Source: an uncultured Thiotrichaceae bacterium (lineage in GTDB: Bacteria > Pseudomonadota > Gammaproteobacteria > SZUA-229). Taken from it: a DNA stretch of 64,000 nt. Where the stretch lies: the NCBI GenBank assembly GCA_964651445.1, contig CAZYYW010000001.1, positions 173 through 64,172 of the forward strand. Reading direction: 5' to 3'. How positions within the stretch are numbered: position 1 is the stretch's first letter; each line of letters begins with the position of its first letter. The notes under the pieces are model-generated. The model was not told the DNA's origin, ran no database searches, and worked only from the letters and a program-made list of their open reading frames with translations. The position numbers and the translations under genes were made by a program. This document shows positions 59,974-64,000 of this stretch, in pieces.

Positions 59974-60884
59974 TAGCTGACCTCCTGAGACACCATTGAA
60001 AATTGAGATTTGTCAGCTTGAATCATACGTTCCATAAAAAATTTCATTTGTCCATCAGATCGTGTGCGTTCAGGCCAGCTATCAATTTGCCGAGTAATTC
60101 GTTTAAACGCCAATGCTGAGGGCGAGTGAGGAAAGGCATCAACCACCGCTCTTTGGTGTTGAATGGCTTTACGCAACTTTCCATCAAACGGTACTGCGCC
60201 AACAAATTCCAACACCACATCTAAAAAACGGTCGGTCGCTTTTGACAACTTATTGAATAGTTCACGGCCTTCACGCGCATCATGTGTCATGTTCGCCAAA
60301 ATATGAAATTTACCAACGTTCAGTTTTCGACTCATGACTTTTATGAAAGCGTAAGCATCTGTAATAGAAGCAGGTTCATCATGCACCACAACAATGATTT
60401 CCTGCGATGCGCCACAAATATTGATAACAGTGTCAGCAATGCCAGCACCGGTATCGATAATCATGACGTCAACGGCAAAACTTAAATCACTAAAAGCATT
60501 AATTAACCCCATCTGTTGTGCAGGGTCTAAATTAGCCATATCACTTATTCCGGTTGATGCTGGAATAACTTTTATATTTGATGGTCCGTTAACAATGATT
60601 TCTTCCAGAGTACGTTCGCCACGCATTACGTGAGACAAGTCGTATTCTGTATTTAAACCGAGCAAAACATCAACGTTCGCTAATCCCATATCAGCATCCA
60701 TTAACAAAACTTCTTTGCCTTGTTTCGCCATCGACAGCGCAAGATTAACCGATACATTGGTTTTACCTACACCCCCTTTACCGCTACTTATAGCGATTAT
60801 TTTTACCGGGCGAGGTGCAACAACACGGCGTAAACTTTCTGCCTGATCCAGATTGCGTCGCATTGACACTTTAGATGTTTCCAT
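59973..60884 (-). CDS. flhG: MinD-like ATPase FlhG/FleN (flagellar number regulator)
   Basis: Deviant Walker A SGKGGVGKTN; between flhF and fliA. Confidence 0.9.
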   Translation of the reverse strand: METSKVSMRRNLDQAESLRRVVAPRPVKIIAISSGKGGVGKTNVSVNLALSMAKQGKEVLLMDADMGLANVDVLLGLNTEYDLSHVMRGERTLEEIIVNGPSNIKVIPASTGISDMANLDPAQQMGLINAFSDLSFAVDVMIIDTGAGIADTVINICGASQEIIVVVHDEPASITDAYAFIKVMSRKLNVGKFHILANMTHDAREGRELFNKLSKATDRFLDVVLEFVGAVPFDGKLRKAIQHQRAVVDAFPHSPSALAFKRITRQIDSWPERTRSDGQMKFFMERMIQADKSQFSMVSQEVS

Positions 60885-62154
60885 TATTATTTACCCCACC
60901 AAAGCTATAGGCCAACTCTTCGTCTGACACTGAATTTTTTAAACATCGCATTAACTTTACAGCCTCTTTTACCAGCAACTTACCGCGTGCACGATGCAAA
61001 TCATCCGGTACTTTCTGACCGTCACAAACAAAGGCTACCGGAAGATCATGCTGAATAAGAACTGAAATTATTTCACCGAGGCTGGCTGTTTCATCTATTT
61101 TTGTAATGACACAACCCTCAAGGTTTTCTTTGCCAAAGCTGTTAACCACATCATCCAGTAAATTCATTTGCCCTGTTGCTGATAATACCAGGTAATTTTT
61201 TATATCCATATCTGGGTAATGTTTAGTGGTTATCAAATCATTTAAGTTAAGACCTTTCTGACTGAGTCCAGCGGTATCTATCAGTGTTAGGTTATGCTCT
61301 CCAGATTTTTTTTGAACTTCGTTTAACAAGTTTTCAAGTTCTTCTGCATCGCTTGCAACGTGAACAGGTATACCCAGAATACGACCATAACTACGCAGTT
61401 GTTCATGCGCACCAATACGGTAGTTATCAGTGGTGATTAATGTCACACCGCGACGACCGTGTTTTAATGCAAACCGGGCAGCAAGTTTAGCGATGGTTGT
61501 CGTTTTACCAACACCTGTCGGACCTATCAGGGAAACTATGCCACCATTGGATATAATATCCTGATCACTAATCGGCACCAAATAAGAAAGATAGTTTAAA
61601 GATTCCAACCAACTATTTTTACTCAAACCCTTTTTTTCAAGCTTACTGGCAATGCCTCGGCTTAACCCGGGACTAATACCCAACGTTATCAACTGTTTTA
61701 ATAAGTTGGCATACAAGGGTTGCACACGGCTTGTTTCGCTCCAGGAAAATTGCATCAGCGGTGCTTCCATGATGTTTCTTAAACTGGCCAATTCATCTTG
61801 AATTTTATCCAGCGTTGTTGTACTAGAATTTGTTGACGACTCGAAGTTTGTATTCTCTACTAGACTATCGAATGAAGATTTTTGATTTGTTGATGTGTCC
61901 ACTTTCATATTGTCAGGGCTGGCAACCGCGTTACTCTGCTGTACACTATTTCGATACGGATCTATTTCGCTAAGGGTATCGGGATTGCCAAGAGATGTCT
62001 GTACCATTGCATCTTCATAATCCATCGCAGCAATAATTTCTACACCACCATTAACTTGCCGGTTAGATAAAATTACCGCATCTGAGCCCTGCTCCTCGCG
62101 CAGTGCACGCATTGCCTGACGTGAATCCGGTGCAAAATAACGTTTCATTTTCAT
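60871..62154 (-). CDS. flhF: SRP-type GTPase FlhF (flagellar placement); likely start MKMKRYF at 62154
   Basis: G-domain GPTGVGKTTT, DTAG, TKID. Confidence 0.85.
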   Translation of the reverse strand: MKMKRYFAPDSRQAMRALREEQGSDAVILSNRQVNGGVEIIAAMDYEDAMVQTSLGNPDTLSEIDPYRNSVQQSNAVASPDNMKVDTSTNQKSSFDSLVENTNFESSTNSSTTTLDKIQDELASLRNIMEAPLMQFSWSETSRVQPLYANLLKQLITLGISPGLSRGIASKLEKKGLSKNSWLESLNYLSYLVPISDQDIISNGGIVSLIGPTGVGKTTTIAKLAARFALKHGRRGVTLITTDNYRIGAHEQLRSYGRILGIPVHVASDAEELENLLNEVQKKSGEHNLTLIDTAGLSQKGLNLNDLITTKHYPDMDIKNYLVLSATGQMNLLDDVVNSFGKENLEGCVITKIDETASLGEIISVLIQHDLPVAFVCDGQKVPDDLHRARGKLLVKEAVKLMRCLKNSVSDEELAYSFGGVNNNGNI

Positions 62155-62270
62155 ACCGCGCTCCATTGAACAATTGCAGTTATGTAGCCCACTGCCCAAA
62201 AGGCACACACCAAAAACAGCAAACTATTTTTTTTGATATTGTTATACATGTCATTCATTATTATCTCCTG

Positions 62271-64000
62271 TTACGCAGCTTTTACTTTTTGACCACCGAC
62301 TGCTGCGACAACTTTAATGTTTTTACTGTCAGGAACCTCGTTATAAGCTAATACATGCAGATTTGGTGCCAAGCTTCTTAATAACCTTGCCAATGATGTC
62401 CGAATCACTGGAGAAACTAATAAAACGGCTGCGTTATTTTCAACTTCTTGCTGTTTGATACAGAGATTCAGCTCCTGAATCATCTGTTCTGCTAACCCTG
62501 GCTCCAGCCCTAAACCCGCATTTGACGCGCTTTGTACGGACTGCTGCAATATTTGTTCCAATTCGGGGCTTAAAGTGATGACGGCCATTTCTTCCGCCAT
62601 ACCATTTATATTTTGATAAATCTGACGTGACATCGCGGTGCGTACTGCGGTGGTTAAAACGTCAGAGTTTTGGCTTTCGCTCGCATGTTCCGCCAAAGTT
62701 TCGGCGATGGTACGCATATCACGAATCGGCACACCTTCAGCAAGCAAGTTCTGTAGCACCTTCACGACTATGCCCAGCGGTAACACTTTAGGTACCAAAT
62801 CTTCCACCAGTTTAGGCGACTGTTTCGCCAACATTTCCAACAGATGCTGTACTTCTTCATGACCAATCAACTCATGTGCATGCTGGCCTAATAGGTGGCT
62901 TAAATGCGTTGCCACCACTGTGCTGCTATCCACCACGGTATAACCCAACGTTTGCGCTTCATCACGCATGTTCGGCTCTATCCAGACCGCTTCCAGGCCA
63001 AAGGTGGGGTCTTTGGTTTTTATGCCTTTAACATTGCCAAAAACCTGACCAGGATTAATCGCCAGTTCTTTTTCTGGATAAGCCTCACCCTCACCAACCG
63101 GCACACCCATTAATATAATGCGATATGCATTGGGTGAAAGATCAAGGTTGTCCCTTATGTGCACCGCTTGTATAAGAAAACCAAGGTCCTGCGAAAGCTT
63201 TCGACGTACACCTTTAATGCGTGACATCATTTGCCCGCCCTGATTTTTATCAACCATTGGAATCAAGCGATAGCCAACCTCTAGGCCAACAACATCCACT
63301 ATAGGCACATCATCCCAGCTTAAATCTTTAAGCTGTGGCTCGATCTCCTCGCCTTCCAGATCGACAACCTCTTGCTGCTCACTGAGCTGTTGCTGTTGAT
63401 ATAAATAGTATGCAACCGCACCAAAAACGGCACTAAGTGATAAAAATACTAAATTAGGCATGCCTGGAATCAGGCCGAGACTACCAACGATGCCAGCAGT
63501 AATTGCGATTGGTCGAGGTTTGTTCAACAACTGACCGATTACTTGCTCACCCACATCTTGCGAAGATGAGTCACGGGTCACTGCAATGGCTGCTGCCGTA
63601 GACAAGATTAAAGAAGGAATCTGTGCCACCAGACCATCACCAATGGTCAACAGTGTGTAGTTATGCGCGGCTTCTGAAAAGGCCATATCATGCTGTATGA
63701 CTCCGATACCCAAGCCAAAAATAATATTAATAAATAAAATCAATATTGCCGCAATCGCGTCGCCCCGAATAAACTTACTGGCACCGTCCATAGCGCCATA
63801 AAAATCCGCTTCACCGGTAATTTCTTGCCGCCTTGCCTTTGCCTCATCCTGTGTAATAAGACCGGAATTTAAATCTGCATCGACTGCCATTTGTTTTCCT
63901 GGCATCGCATCTAATGTAAAACGCGCATTGACTTCTGAAATACGCCCAGCACCCTTGGTCACCACCACAAAGTTGATAATGGTTAGCACCGCAAAGACCA
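62271..64000 (-). CDS. flhA: flagellar export apparatus protein FlhA (C-terminal part; N-terminus lies beyond the window edge)
   Basis: TM region plus FlhA cytoplasmic domain; ORF runs off the right edge. Confidence 0.9.
   Translation of the reverse strand, partial: VFAVLTIINFVVVTKGAGRISEVNARFTLDAMPGKQMAVDADLNSGLITQDEAKARRQEITGEADFYGAMDGASKFIRGDAIAAILILFINIIFGLGIGVIQHDMAFSEAAHNYTLLTIGDGLVAQIPSLILSTAAAIAVTRDSSSQDVGEQVIGQLLNKPRPIAITAGIVGSLGLIPGMPNLVFLSLSAVFGAVAYYLYQQQQLSEQQEVVDLEGEEIEPQLKDLSWDDVPIVDVVGLEVGYRLIPMVDKNQGGQMMSRIKGVRRKLSQDLGFLIQAVHIRDNLDLSPNAYRIILMGVPVGEGEAYPEKELAINPGQVFGNVKGIKTKDPTFGLEAVWIEPNMRDEAQTLGYTVVDSSTVVATHLSHLLGQHAHELIGHEEVQHLLEMLAKQSPKLVEDLVPKVLPLGIVVKVLQNLLAEGVPIRDMRTIAETLAEHASESQNSDVLTTAVRTAMSRQIYQNINGMAEEMAVITLSPELEQILQQSVQSASNAGLGLEPGLAEQMIQELNLCIKQQEVENNAAVLLVSPVIRTSLARLLRSLAPNLHVLAYNEVPDSKNIKVVAAVGGQKVKAA

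Noticed and set aside
1-64000. tRNA, rRNA, CRISPR-Cas, transposase/IS elements, toxin-antitoxin pairs, restriction-modification genes
   Set aside because: None recognised in any frame. The only mobility genes are the tyrosine integrase and the plasmid-type rep/par set.

Overview
This window is a gamma-proteobacterial (marine-type, roughly 40-48% GC by eye) flagellar locus of the polar, FlhF/FlhG type. It is split by about 30 kb of signal-transduction genes and a plasmid-type replicon module. The left part (0.5-20.3 kb, all minus strand) reads fliT-fliS-flaG-fliD-flagellin, a TPR/sulfotransferase, then flgL-K-J-I-H-G-F-E-D-C-B. A sigma54 promoter precedes flgB. An flgN-flgM-flgA operon follows, headed by a SPOR-domain membrane protein and a GGDEF diguanylate cyclase with its own sigma54 promoter. 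The middle part (20.4-52 kb) begins with a membrane histidine kinase, a 1283-aa HK-REC-Hpt-REC-PAS-GGDEF-EAL protein and a coupled HDOD protein. It then carries a P1/F-like replicon: a degenerate ParB paralog, ParB, type Ia ParA, Rep, 19-bp iterons and a DnaA box. A ZnuA/ZnuB-like metal uptake cluster with a coiled-coil outer-membrane protein, a tyrosine integrase and a Fic protein follow. Next comes a HsbR/HsbA/HsbD-like partner-switching operon (STAS, REC-PP2C-GHKL, REC-GHKL, coiled-coil GGDEF). The middle part ends with a REC-GGDEF-EAL regulator and two hybrid kinases. The right part (52-64 kb) holds a FleQ/FlrA-like sigma54 activator that lacks the N-terminal receiver-like domain. After it come motB-motA, an OmpR-family regulator, a lipoprotein, two tandem HDOD proteins, and fliA-flhG-flhF-flhA (flhA runs off the right edge). 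No che genes follow fliA, unlike canonical polar loci. The window instead contains 4 GGDEF, 2 EAL and 3 HDOD proteins, a c-di-GMP-binding-type FleQ-like activator and a FlgM-targeting-type partner switch. The two most distinctive things here are a flagellar system wired for c-di-GMP control rather than chemotaxis, and a plasmid/chromid-type origin embedded in it. No tRNA, rRNA, CRISPR array or transposase was seen.
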